Assembly: GCA_035285125.1 (NCBI GenBank) | Contig: JAYKHR010000004.1 | Coordinates: 10,053 to 74,052, forward strand | DNA: 64,000 nucleotides | From: Candidatus Sericytochromatia bacterium | GTDB taxonomy: Bacteria > Cyanobacteriota > Sericytochromatia > S15B-MN24 > JAQBPE01 | Direction of reading: 5' to 3' | Part shown: positions 37,647-46,819 of the stretch, piece by piece | Position numbering within the stretch: the first letter of the stretch is position 1 | How the letters are laid out: each line of letters starts with the position of its first letter | Position numbers and translations under genes: made by a program | The notes under the pieces: model-generated | Databases searched by the model: none | What the model was told of the DNA's origin: nothing | What the model saw: only the letters and a program-made list of their open reading frames with translations

Positions 37647-39002
37647 ATGCCCCGGACCCGCACCGCGCCCAACCAGATGATCCGGCCGATGACGAGCTCC
37701 CGCAACGGGCTGGGCGAACTCGTTATCGGCGGCTGCACGGCGCGCGACCTCGTCCGCGTCCACGGCACGCCCCTGCTCGTGCTCGACGAGGAGACCATCC
37801 GCGTCGCGTGCCGGGCCTACGTCGAGGCACTTGGGGCCCACTACCCGCCCGGCGGCCGGGTGCTCTACGCCAGCAAGGCCCTCGCCGTGATGGCCGTCCA
37901 TGCGCTGGTGCACCAGGAAGGGCTGGGCCTCGATGTCGTCTCGGCGGGCGAACTGCACACGGCCCTGAAGGCCGGCGTACCCGCCTCGGCCTGCGTGTTG
38001 CAGGGCAATAACAAGACGCCCGAGGAGTTGCTTGGCGCCCTCTCGGTCGGCATCGGCCGCATCAACGTGGACAACCTCGACGAGCTGCGGCTGCTGCTCG
38101 CCCTCACAGACATCCACGGCCACACCGTGGACGTCCTCCTGCGCGTCGCCCCCGGCATCGAGGCCCACACGCACGAGTTCATCCGCACGGGCCAGGAGGA
38201 CTCCAAGTTCGGCCTCGACCTGCGCAGCGGCCAGCTCGACACTGCGCTCCGGCTGCTCGCCGGGCAGTCGCGCGTCCGGTGGCTGGGGCTCCAGGCCCAC
38301 ATCGGCTCCCAGATCTTCGACTCGAGCGCCTTCGAGCGCACGGCCGAGGTGATGGTCGCGCTGCTGGCCGAGCTGCGCGACCGCCACGGCGTCGTCGCCG
38401 AAGAGCTCGACCTGGGGGGCGGGCTGGGCATCCCCTACGTCCCGACCGACGACCCGCCCTCGATCGACGAGACGGTGGCCTGCGCGGCCCGGGCCGTCCT
38501 GGCCGCCTGCGACGCCCACGGTTACCCGGCCCCGCGCCTGGTCATGGAGCCAGGCCGCTCCATCGTCGGGCCCGCGGGCGTCAGCCTCTACACCGTCGGG
38601 GCCCGCAAGGAGGTGCCCGGCGTGCGGACGTACGTGGCCATCGACGGCGGCATGGGCGACAACCCGCGCCCGATCACCTACGGGGCCGTCTACACGGCCG
38701 AGCCGGCAGGGCCCGCGCTCGAGGCCGAGGAGACCGTGACGATCGCCGGGCGCTACTGCGAGTCGGGCGACGTGCTCATCCACGACATTCGCCTGCCCAA
38801 GCTGCGGGCGGGCGACCTGCTCGCCGTGTTCGGGACGGGCGCCTACACCTACGCGATGGCCAGCCAGTATAACCGCTGCGGCAGGCCCGCCGTCGTGCTG
38901 GTCGGGCAGGGCCACGCCGAGGTCATCTGTGCCCGGGAGACGCTCGACGACCTCGTGCGCCTCGACCGGCTGCCGGCCAGGCTGCGGGGGCCAGCGCCGT
39001 GA
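37647..39002 (+). CDS. lysA: Diaminopimelate decarboxylase
   Basis: YASKA, SKFG, HIGSQI, DLGGG, EPGRSI, CESGD and GAY motifs. The start may be 37647, 37677 or 37689. Confidence 0.96.
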   Translation: MPRTRTAPNQMIRPMTSSRNGLGELVIGGCTARDLVRVHGTPLLVLDEETIRVACRAYVEALGAHYPPGGRVLYASKALAVMAVHALVHQEGLGLDVVSAGELHTALKAGVPASACVLQGNNKTPEELLGALSVGIGRINVDNLDELRLLLALTDIHGHTVDVLLRVAPGIEAHTHEFIRTGQEDSKFGLDLRSGQLDTALRLLAGQSRVRWLGLQAHIGSQIFDSSAFERTAEVMVALLAELRDRHGVVAEELDLGGGLGIPYVPTDDPPSIDETVACAARAVLAACDAHGYPAPRLVMEPGRSIVGPAGVSLYTVGARKEVPGVRTYVAIDGGMGDNPRPITYGAVYTAEPAGPALEAEETVTIAGRYCESGDVLIHDIRLPKLRAGDLLAVFGTGAYTYAMASQYNRCGRPAVVLVGQGHAEVICARETLDDLVRLDRLPARLRGPAP

Positions 39003-39889
39003 GCCCCAGCCCCGCCATCACCCAGTTCCTGGCGAGCCTTCGCTGGCAGGACATCCTCGACATCCTGCTGGTCAGCTTCGTGCTGTACAGATTCTTCCTG
39101 CTGATCAAGGGCACCCGGGCCGTCCAGCTGCTGCGCGGGATGCTGCTGCTGCTGCTGGCCTACCTCGTCAGCCACGCCCTCGGGCTCAACACGATCACGT
39201 GGCTCGTGCAGAGCACCGCGACGATGATCATCGTCGCCATCCCCGTGGTGTTCCAGCCGGAGCTACGCCGGGCCCTGGCCCACATCGGGCAGGGCGAGCT
39301 GTTCCGAGGTGGCGAGCTGCTGTTCCAGCGCCGCAGCGTGAGCACGCCGGAGGTGCTCGACGAGGTGATGGGTGCCGTGAAGTTCCTGTCCCGCCAGAAA
39401 ATCGGGGCGCTCATCATCCTCGAGCGCAATACCGGGCTCAACGAGTTCATCGAGACGGGGACGCCGCTCGATGCGCTCGTGACGACGGACCTGCTCGGCA
39501 CCATCTTCGTGCCCGCCTCGCCGCTCCATGACGGCGCCGTCATCATCCAGAGCGACCGCATCGCCGCAGCGGGCGCCGTGTTGCCCCTCTCGGAGGGCAT
39601 GCGCCGCGGGAGCCCCGGCGGCAGCGGCAAGCGCCAGGTCGGAACGCGCCACCGAGCTGCCATCGGCCTCACCGAGACCACCGACGCGATCGCCGTCGTC
39701 GTCTCCGAGGAGACGGGCACGGTGTCGGTGGCGAGCGGCGGCCAACTCCGCCGCCACCTGACGGAGGAGGCCCTGAAGGACCTGCTCGCGGGCGCCTTCA
39801 CCCAGGTGCGCCGCCCCGCCCACACCCAGCCCCTCACGATGCTGTTGCGCAGGCCCCATGCAGCCGAAGAACTCACCACCCCCCACTAG
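38999..39889 (+). CDS. cdaA: Diadenylate cyclase CdaA
   Basis: N-terminal TM segments, FQPELRRAL, PLHDGA, GTRHRAA and VSEETG motifs. Confidence 0.95.
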   Translation: MSPSPAITQFLASLRWQDILDILLVSFVLYRFFLLIKGTRAVQLLRGMLLLLLAYLVSHALGLNTITWLVQSTATMIIVAIPVVFQPELRRALAHIGQGELFRGGELLFQRRSVSTPEVLDEVMGAVKFLSRQKIGALIILERNTGLNEFIETGTPLDALVTTDLLGTIFVPASPLHDGAVIIQSDRIAAAGAVLPLSEGMRRGSPGGSGKRQVGTRHRAAIGLTETTDAIAVVVSEETGTVSVASGGQLRRHLTEEALKDLLAGAFTQVRRPAHTQPLTMLLRRPHAAEELTTPH

Positions 39890-40259
39890 CGCGGCCCCCG
39901 CGCAGCAGAGCAACTGGCCCTTCCTGGTCATCGCGGTGCTGATGGCCGTGGTGCTGTGGCTCTTCGTGCGCACGGGCGCCCAGCCGGCGACGCAGCGCAC
40001 GGTGCTGGCGACGGTGTCCATGACGGCGGGTGGCCCCGGCCTGGTCGTCTCCCCCCCGCGGGTCGAGGTTCGGCTCGAGGGAGCGGGCGGTGCCGTCGAG
40101 CAACTCAAGCCCGAAGACCTCGACGTGGTGGTCGACCTGACTGGACACAGGGAGGGAGACCTGATACCGTTGACGGTCGTTCCCCCGCAAGGGCTCAAGG
40201 TTTTGGGGACGAACGTCAGCCAAGTGCGCGTCGTGCGCCCGGTCTCCCCCGGCCCGTGA
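39858..40259 (+). CDS. Short CdaR/YbbR-like membrane-anchored protein
   Basis: TM segment ending AVVLWLFV, then VEVRLEG...VVVDLTG...P.G (one YbbR-like unit). Located directly after cdaA. Confidence 0.7.
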   Translation: MQPKNSPPPTSAAPAQQSNWPFLVIAVLMAVVLWLFVRTGAQPATQRTVLATVSMTAGGPGLVVSPPRVEVRLEGAGGAVEQLKPEDLDVVVDLTGHREGDLIPLTVVPPQGLKVLGTNVSQVRVVRPVSPGP

Positions 40260-40276
40260 TCGAGCCTCCTGCCGCG

Positions 40277-41050
40277 ATGTCCAACGACGCCCCTCAGCAC
40301 GCCTGGCCCGGCCTTGACCGCGAGCGCCTGCCTCGTCACGTCGCGGTGATCATGGACGGCAACCGCCGCTGGGCGAAGCGCAAGCTGCTGGGCGGCTTCC
40401 AAGGCCACCGCGCCGGCGTCGAGACCGTTCGCACGCTGGTGCGCCTGTGCCGCGAGGTCGGCATCCCCCACCTCACGCTGTACGCGTTCTCCACCGAGAA
40501 CTGGCAGCGTTCCGAGGAAGAGGTCTCGTTCCTGATGACCCTCTTCGAAGAGGTGATCCAGCGGGAGCTCGCTGACCTGCACCGCAACCAGGTCCGGCTG
40601 CGCTTCATCGGCGAGGTGGCGGGCCTGCCGCAGACCTTGCAGCGCCACATCCGGCATGCCGAGGACCACACGGCGCACAACGAGGGGCTGACGCTCAACA
40701 TCGCCACCAACTACGGCGCGCGGCGCGAGCTCGTGCGGGCGGCCCAGCGGCTGGCCCAGCGCGTGCAGGCTGGCGACATGGCGCCCGAGGCCATCGACGA
40801 GGCCGCCATCGCAGCCGAGCTGCACACCGCCGGCCAGCCAGACCCGGACCTCCTCATTCGCACGAGCGGCGAGGCGAGGCTCAGCAACTTCCTGCTGTGG
40901 CAGCTGGCCTACACCGAGCTCTACCTGACGGACGTGCTCTGGCCTGAGTTCCGGCAGCCCCACTTCCTCGACGCCCTGCTGAGCTACCAGGCCCGCGAGC
41001 GTCGCTTCGGCGGCACGGGCGGCGCCGCGCAGATCGCGGCAGCCCGCTGA
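40277..41050 (+). CDS. uppS: Undecaprenyl diphosphate synthase
   Basis: HVAVIMDGNRRWA, YAFSTENWQR, NYGAR and LIRTSGEARLSNFLLWQ motifs. Confidence 0.97.
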   Translation: MSNDAPQHAWPGLDRERLPRHVAVIMDGNRRWAKRKLLGGFQGHRAGVETVRTLVRLCREVGIPHLTLYAFSTENWQRSEEEVSFLMTLFEEVIQRELADLHRNQVRLRFIGEVAGLPQTLQRHIRHAEDHTAHNEGLTLNIATNYGARRELVRAAQRLAQRVQAGDMAPEAIDEAAIAAELHTAGQPDPDLLIRTSGEARLSNFLLWQLAYTELYLTDVLWPEFRQPHFLDALLSYQARERRFGGTGGAAQIAAAR

Positions 41051-41057
41051 GGCCCTG

Positions 41058-42077
41058 ATGGCCAGGGGTCCAGCCCAGGTCCACCTGCTACACGGCGACG
41101 ACGCCTACGCGATGTCGGAGGCGCGCAAGCGCCTGGAAGCGGCCGTCCTGGACCCGACGTGGCGCGAGTTCAACCTCACGGTGTTCGGCCCGGACGCGAG
41201 CCCCAACCAGGTGCTGGGGGCCCTCCAGACGATGCCGTTCGGTGCCGGGGGCCGCCTGGTGGTGGTCAAGGATGCCCCCTGGCTGGCCGGCAAGGTCGAG
41301 GAGGCGGGCGTCGAGGCGCTCGAGCAGGCACTGAGCCAGCAACCGGTGGGCTGGGCACCGCAGGCGCACCTGCTGCTGCTCGCCACCAAGGCGGACAAGC
41401 GCTTGAAGCTGATCAAGGCCATCGCGGCGGCCGGGCAGGTCACGGAGCTGTCCGAGGTCAAGCCCTGGCAGGTGGAGGAGCGGCTCGGGCCCTGGGTGCA
41501 CGAGCTGGCGGGCTCCCTGGGACGCCGCATCACGCCCGACGCGGTGTCCGCCCTCCTGCTGGCGACGGGGGCCGATCGCCGGCGCATCCACTCCGAGCTG
41601 GAGAAGCTCGCGGCCGGGGCGCCAGACGCAGCGCCCATCACGGCGGGACTGGTGCAGGAGCTGGTCCAGCAGCACGACGTTGCCATCTTCGCGCTGACGG
41701 ACGCGCTGGCGCGGCGGCGAGCCGGCGACGCACTGGTGGCGCTCCAGGCGCTGCTGGTGACGGAACACCCGCTCAAGGTGGTGAGCGCCGCCGCCACCAT
41801 CCTCCGGGGCTGGGCACGCCTCAAGCAGCTGCAAGAGCGGGGCCTGCGGCCGGAGCAGATCGCCCGGGAGCTGGGCGCGAACTCCGACTTCAAGGTGCGC
41901 AAGGACCTCGGGCTCCTCACGGCCTGGCGCGCCGTCGAACTCGACGCGGCGCTCGACGCGCTGCTGGGGGTCGATCTGGCGATCAAAGCGGGGCGCTGGC
42001 CTCCGGAGGCCCACGGCGTGCTGCTGACACGCGCCGTGGCCGCCATGCTCACATCGTCGGGCGCGCGGCCGGGGTAG
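41058..42077 (+). CDS. holA: DNA polymerase III delta subunit
   Basis: LLHGDD, TMPFG..RLVVVK, DKR.K, ELEKL, IFALTDA and D.AIK.G motifs. Confidence 0.88.
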   Translation: MARGPAQVHLLHGDDAYAMSEARKRLEAAVLDPTWREFNLTVFGPDASPNQVLGALQTMPFGAGGRLVVVKDAPWLAGKVEEAGVEALEQALSQQPVGWAPQAHLLLLATKADKRLKLIKAIAAAGQVTELSEVKPWQVEERLGPWVHELAGSLGRRITPDAVSALLLATGADRRRIHSELEKLAAGAPDAAPITAGLVQELVQQHDVAIFALTDALARRRAGDALVALQALLVTEHPLKVVSAAATILRGWARLKQLQERGLRPEQIARELGANSDFKVRKDLGLLTAWRAVELDAALDALLGVDLAIKAGRWPPEAHGVLLTRAVAAMLTSSGARPG

Positions 42078-42110
42078 AATGGGGAAGTCCCCCGCTGCCC
42101 CGGAGCCCCG

Positions 42111-42689
42111 ATGAGCCCCCGCAACCGAGACGCCTCCCCCGACGCCCCCCACGACCTCGACGCGCTGGTCGCCACGGTCGGGCAGCTGTCCGAGCAGCTG
42201 GCCCAGGCCGAGGCGCGCCTGCGTGAAATGGGCATCGCCGATGCCACCACGGGGCTGTTCAGCTACCGCTACTTCCTCGGCCGGATGGCCGAGGAAGTGG
42301 CCCGCGCGGATCGCTTCAACCTCGAGGTGAGCTGCCTGATGTTCGGGCTGGACCAGCCCAGCTTCGAGGGGTTGCTGGAGGTCGCGGGCCGCCTGAGGGA
42401 GGCCTGCCGGCAGTACGACATCCCCGCGCGCTGGGGCAAGCACGAGCTGGTCATGCTGCTGCCCGCCACGGACCTGGACGGTGCCCAGACCTTCGCCGAA
42501 CGGTTCCGCCTGCAGGTCGCCGAGGCCTACAGCGACCACGAGAGCCTCCAGGGCCTGACGCTCTCCATCGGCCTCGCCACCTACCCGCGCACGGGCGTCG
42601 AGGACGCGGAGCAGCTGCTCGCGGCCTGCGACGAAGCAGCCTTCCGGGCCCGCGGCGAGGGTGGCAACCGCACCGTCATCCGGCGCTGA
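42111..42689 (+). CDS. Coiled-coil + degenerate GGDEF domain protein
   Basis: DATTGLFS, RQYD-x5-GKHEL, TLSIGLA and A.GEGGNR motifs. Confidence 0.85.
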   Translation: MSPRNRDASPDAPHDLDALVATVGQLSEQLAQAEARLREMGIADATTGLFSYRYFLGRMAEEVARADRFNLEVSCLMFGLDQPSFEGLLEVAGRLREACRQYDIPARWGKHELVMLLPATDLDGAQTFAERFRLQVAEAYSDHESLQGLTLSIGLATYPRTGVEDAEQLLAACDEAAFRARGEGGNRTVIRR

Positions 42690-42697
42690 GGCCTTCG

Positions 42698-44317
42698 CTA
42701 CCGGGGCTCCACACGCACGTTGTCGTGCGCCACGATGTTGCCAGCCCCCCGCAACGCCAGCCAGTGGGGCCGCTGCGTGAGCATCGGGACGCTCAGCGTC
42801 GCGAGGGAGACACCGTCGAGGAACACCCGCGTGCGTCCCGTCGTGCAGTCGACCTCCGCCCCGAGGCGCCGCTTCTGGCCGGCGCTCGTGGCCACGGGCG
42901 TCGCGAACAGCCGGGCCCAGCCCCGCGACTGGAACGGCGCCGCGTTCGTGGCGGCCCAGACCTCGTACCACGTCGGCTTGATGAGCACCTCGAGGTAGTT
43001 CACGGGGTCGAGGTAGTACACCTGCGTTCCCTGGTCCCCCGTGGGGCTGTAGGTGTAGCTGCGCAGCGGCGTGACGTCGAGCTCGGTGAAGTACCGGGCG
43101 GGCAGCAGGCCGTCCGAGGTGCCGAAAGCGGTCCCCCGGTAGCGTCGGAAGCTCAGGTAGGCCAAGTTGGCCAGCCCGTCATGCAGGTACTGCCGGCTGC
43201 CGGCGTGATCCACGACACGCCAGCGAACGGCAGGCATCCAGTCATATGAGAAGCCCTCGGCGCGCGGGTCGACGAAATCGCCCGGGTCGCTGCCGAGCGC
43301 ATCGGCGTCGAAGTGGCGCAGCCACGGGCTGCTCGCCCCGGAGGGAGTTGGCGTCGGCGAGGGGGTCATGCTCGGCGGGGACGTCGGCGCCACGCTGGCA
43401 GTGGGCGTGGGGGATGCCCCCGGCGACGAGGGCTCGACGGCAAGGGAGAACACGCTGAAACGCCCCTCCGGCGTCACGGCGTCGTTGGTGAAGGCCAGCC
43501 TGACGTGGCGAGCCGTCACGGGGGCGAGCAGCGGCTTGCGCTCGGCGAACCAGCTCGTGTTGCGCAGCGGGCCCGTGGCAGGCGTCCACGTGACGCCATC
43601 CGACGAGGTCTCCACGCGGAATGTGGCGCCCCCCGTGAAGGGCCTCAGCTTGACCGTGACCGCGTCCATCACGCGCGGCGCGCCGACGTCGACGGCCAGC
43701 CAGGCGGCGGCCGGACGCCACTCGGCACACGCCCACTGGGTGGCCGCATCACCGTCGATCGCCCGGTCGGGGAGCAGCGCGCCGTAGCTGCTGCTGGCGG
43801 TGGCGACGCCGCCGGCCACCTGGGCCAGCGCAAAGGGCTGAGGTGGGGGGCCTTCCGGGGGCGCGAGGGCGAGCGTGAGGGAGAACTCGAAGCCGTCCCC
43901 CGTCGGGTTGTCGAAGGTCAGCTCCGCCTGCCGCACCTCGCCAGGCGCCAGGCGCGGCCAGCGGGCCGGCAGCTCCGAGGCCACCAGCCTTCGCTCGCTC
44001 ACGCAGACGGGGCTCACCGAGACGGGGGCCCCCCCCACGTGCGTCAGCTGCACCCGGACCGAGGTGCGCCCCTCGCGCAGGCTGTGGCTCACCTCCTGGG
44101 GCTCCACCCAGGCAGCGAGCGCGGCCGATTCCTCGTCCACGGGAAAGGCGGCGCCGTGCAGTGGGTCGACCCGGAAGCGCAGCTGCGCCTCCTGGGTGGC
44201 CTCAGGCGCAGCCAGGGTCAAGGTGGCTGGGGGCGGGTCCCCGACCCGCCCGGGGGTGAGGGCCTGACAGCCCCCGACGAGCGCGGCGGCAAGCCCCAAA
44301 CGGATGCCTCGTGTCAT
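42698..44317 (-). CDS. Lipoprotein with F5/8 type C (discoidin) domain and C-terminal lectin-like beta-sandwich
   Basis: VGGC lipobox. ATASSSY...RAIDGDAATQW...WLAVDVG...F.VETSSDG.TW...ARHVRL. Confidence 0.75.
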   Translation of the reverse strand: MTRGIRLGLAAALVGGCQALTPGRVGDPPPATLTLAAPEATQEAQLRFRVDPLHGAAFPVDEESAALAAWVEPQEVSHSLREGRTSVRVQLTHVGGAPVSVSPVCVSERRLVASELPARWPRLAPGEVRQAELTFDNPTGDGFEFSLTLALAPPEGPPPQPFALAQVAGGVATASSSYGALLPDRAIDGDAATQWACAEWRPAAAWLAVDVGAPRVMDAVTVKLRPFTGGATFRVETSSDGVTWTPATGPLRNTSWFAERKPLLAPVTARHVRLAFTNDAVTPEGRFSVFSLAVEPSSPGASPTPTASVAPTSPPSMTPSPTPTPSGASSPWLRHFDADALGSDPGDFVDPRAEGFSYDWMPAVRWRVVDHAGSRQYLHDGLANLAYLSFRRYRGTAFGTSDGLLPARYFTELDVTPLRSYTYSPTGDQGTQVYYLDPVNYLEVLIKPTWYEVWAATNAAPFQSRGWARLFATPVATSAGQKRRLGAEVDCTTGRTRVFLDGVSLATLSVPMLTQRPHWLALRGAGNIVAHDNVRVEPR

Positions 44318-44355
44318 GGCGTGTTCCCTCCTCCCAACGTGTCCCCGGGCCCGGC

Positions 44356-45474
44356 TCATGGGCCCACCAACTGCACGGCCTGGTAAAGGTTGCCGGCCTC
44401 GCCGGCCGGGCCGAGATCCCAGACCAGCCCCCAGAAGTACCGCCGGTCTGGCTGAAGGGGCGGCGAAGCGCCGGCCCCGTCCCAGATGAAGGTGCGCGGG
44501 GCAGGCGGCAGGCGCCCGCTCTGGTAGAGCAACTCGAAGGAGCGGCCCCCCTGCGAATGAACCCGGAAGCGGTACCCCTCAGGCCGATGGGCCGGGGGCT
44601 CCCAGCGGAAGGTCACGGGCCACGTGACGCGGGCATCCATCGAGGGCTGGTTCAGCATCCCGCGCTGCCCGAGGTCGACGGCAGGGAAGGCCGCGCCCCG
44701 CTCACCCGTGACGGGCAGCGAGCGGCTGCGCCAGTAGCCCACACGGTCGCGCTGGGTGTCGTTGTAGTAGTGCACCATGTAGTCGCCCGGCGGGAGCTCG
44801 TCAGCTGAGAAGGCCCCGCTGGCATCCGTGACGAGGGGTTGCTCTTGCCAGCCCGGGGTCCGCACGAGCGAGAGGCGCACGGGGCCCCCCGGGGGGCGTC
44901 CGTTCAGCCGCACCAGGCCGCGCACGGCGGCAGGGGCGGCGGGCGGCACCTCCGGCAGGGTGGTGTAGCTCGCGTCGTCCGGCTCGGGCGAGGGGGTCGG
45001 CGTAGGGGTAGGGGTGGAGATCGGCGTGGGGGTGGGGGTGGGGGTCGGCTCGTCATCCGGCGTGGGCGTCGGCTCCGGCTCGTCATCCGGCGTGGGCGTC
45101 GGCTCCAGCGTCGGCGTGCCGCTGGGGTCAGGCGTCGGCTCGTCGGCCGGCGCGGGGGTGGGGGTCGCAGCCGAGGGCCCGGCGACGTTGGGGTCCCGGG
45201 AGCCGGCGCCTCCCCCCGTCCCGGCCGGCAACGGGGCAAGCCAGCCCGGGGGAAGGCCTTGCTCCGCAGCCGGCGGGCCGGGCTCCTCTGGCGTGGGCGC
45301 CGCCGCCTCAGGCCCGGCCGGCAGCGGACCAAGCACCGGCGGATCAGCCTCCAAGGCACGCATCTCGGGCGGCCGCAGCTCCGGCTCGGGCCCCCCCCCG
45401 TCCTGCAGCCCACACCCCACCACCAGCACCGCCGCCAGGGAGGGCGGCACCGATCGCCAGCCTCGGACGCGCAT
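44356..45474 (-). CDS. Lipoprotein with Pro/Thr/Asp-rich linker and carboxypeptidase-regulatory-like domain
   Basis: VVGC lipobox, PTPTP repeats, and VRGLV...TDASGAF...LPPGDY. Confidence 0.7.
   Translation of the reverse strand: MRVRGWRSVPPSLAAVLVVGCGLQDGGGPEPELRPPEMRALEADPPVLGPLPAGPEAAAPTPEEPGPPAAEQGLPPGWLAPLPAGTGGGAGSRDPNVAGPSAATPTPAPADEPTPDPSGTPTLEPTPTPDDEPEPTPTPDDEPTPTPTPTPISTPTPTPTPSPEPDDASYTTLPEVPPAAPAAVRGLVRLNGRPPGGPVRLSLVRTPGWQEQPLVTDASGAFSADELPPGDYMVHYYNDTQRDRVGYWRSRSLPVTGERGAAFPAVDLGQRGMLNQPSMDARVTWPVTFRWEPPAHRPEGYRFRVHSQGGRSFELLYQSGRLPPAPRTFIWDGAGASPPLQPDRRYFWGLVWDLGPAGEAGNLYQAVQLVGP
44980..45170 (-). repeat. Coding (PT)n / PTPDDE repeats
   Basis: Duplicated ggctcgtcatccggcgtgggcgtcggctcc and ggggtg runs. 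Confidence 0.7.
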
Positions 45475-45601
45475 CCGTCGACCTCCTTCACGGCCCCCCG
45501 CTTCAGGAGGCGTGGGCCCATTCTGAGCACGGCGCGGCGGACACCTCCAACGCGGCGTGACCGAACATCCTTGTGGACCATGAACCGGGCGGCCCGGCGC
45601 G

Positions 45602-45630
45602 TGGACATTCGCCCGCAGAAGGCCGATAAT
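45602..45630 (+). promoter_or_regulatory. Putative sigma70 promoter for mrp
   Basis: TGGACA-17 nt-GATAAT, about 40 nt upstream of ATG 45670. Confidence 0.55.
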
Positions 45631-45669
45631 CGTCGTCCTACCCCACTTTCCAGCTAGAGGAGGCCGCCG

Positions 45670-46758
45670 ATGGCCACTGCCGAGCAGATCCTGTCCGCCC
45701 TGCGCGAGATCGAGGTGCCCGACCTGGGCGCGGACCTCGTCACCCTGGGGATGGTCCAGGACGTGAAGAGTCTGCACGGCATCGTCACTTTCACGATCGT
45801 CGTGAAGCCCGGCGCCACAGCCCTTCAGGGCCAACTGGACGCCCCCGTCAAGGCCGCCGTCCGAGCCCTCCCAGGCATCAGCGACGTGGCGGTGCACTGG
45901 CTGGTCAAGCCCGAGGCCAGGCCTGCCGCGGCGCCGGCAGCCAAGGGCACCCCGCCGGGCGGGCCCGCAGGCCTGCCGGCAGGCGTGAAGCACGTCATCG
46001 CCGTGGGCTCGGGCAAGGGCGGCGTGGGGAAGTCCACCGTGACGGCGAACCTCGCGCTGGCGCTCTCGGCCTCAGGCCTGCGCGTGGGCGTGCTGGACGC
46101 CGACATCTACGGCCCCAGCATGCCCTTCCTGCTGGGCGTTACAGGCGAGAAGCCCCACGTCGAGAACGACAAGCTGGTGCCCATCGAGGCCCACGGGCTC
46201 AAGGTGATGTCGATGGGCTTCCTGCTGCCGGACCCGGACGAGCCCGTCGTCTGGCGCGGCCCGATGCTGGCCGGCGCGATGCGGCAGTTCTTCCAAGACG
46301 TCAGCTGGGGCGAGCTCGACTGCCTGCTCGTGGACCTGCCGCCCGGCACGGGGGACGTGCCGCTCTCGCTCGTGCAGCTCGTGCCCGTCAGCGGGGCCGT
46401 CATCGTGCTCACACCCCAGCCCGTGGCGGCCGCGATCGGCACGAAGACGCTGCGCATGCTGCAGGCCGCCAAGGCCCCGATCCTGGGCGTGGTGGAGAAC
46501 ATGAGCCACTTCGTGTGCGGCTGCGGGCGCGAGACGGACATCTTCGACCGTGGCGGCGGGCGCATCGTCGCGGAGCACGCGGAGGTGCCTTTCCTCGGTG
46601 AGATCCCGCTGGACCCCGCCATCCGGGCCAGCGGCGATCGGGGCATCCCCGTCGTGGTGGCCGAGCCCGACGGGGCGCACGCGCAGGCATTCCACCGGCT
46701 GGCGACGGCGGTGCAGGAGCAGCTGCTACACGCCTCGACCCCTCTCAGCCGGCGCTGA
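45670..46758 (+). CDS. mrp: Mrp/ApbC/NBP35 Fe-S cluster carrier ATPase
   Basis: N-terminal DUF59-like domain, then [31 protein letters not shown] and ENMS.F.CGC. Confidence 0.95.
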   Translation: MATAEQILSALREIEVPDLGADLVTLGMVQDVKSLHGIVTFTIVVKPGATALQGQLDAPVKAAVRALPGISDVAVHWLVKPEARPAAAPAAKGTPPGGPAGLPAGVKHVIAVGSGKGGVGKSTVTANLALALSASGLRVGVLDADIYGPSMPFLLGVTGEKPHVENDKLVPIEAHGLKVMSMGFLLPDPDEPVVWRGPMLAGAMRQFFQDVSWGELDCLLVDLPPGTGDVPLSLVQLVPVSGAVIVLTPQPVAAAIGTKTLRMLQAAKAPILGVVENMSHFVCGCGRETDIFDRGGGRIVAEHAEVPFLGEIPLDPAIRASGDRGIPVVVAEPDGAHAQAFHRLATAVQEQLLHASTPLSRR

Positions 46759-46769
46759 CCCCAAGACGT

Positions 46770-46793
46770 GAGGCCCTCCTGGCGGAGGGCCTC
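46770..46793. terminator. Hairpin between convergent genes
   Basis: GAGGCCCTCC-TGGC-GGAGGGCCTC, with no T tract. Confidence 0.55.
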
Positions 46794-46819
46794 GGCGCTG
46801 GGCGGCGTTGGGGACAGGC

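Noticed and set aside
45621..45630. GCCGATAA as a sigma28 -10 element
   Set aside because: No TAAA -35 element. Better explained as a sigma70 TGGACA-17-GATAAT promoter.
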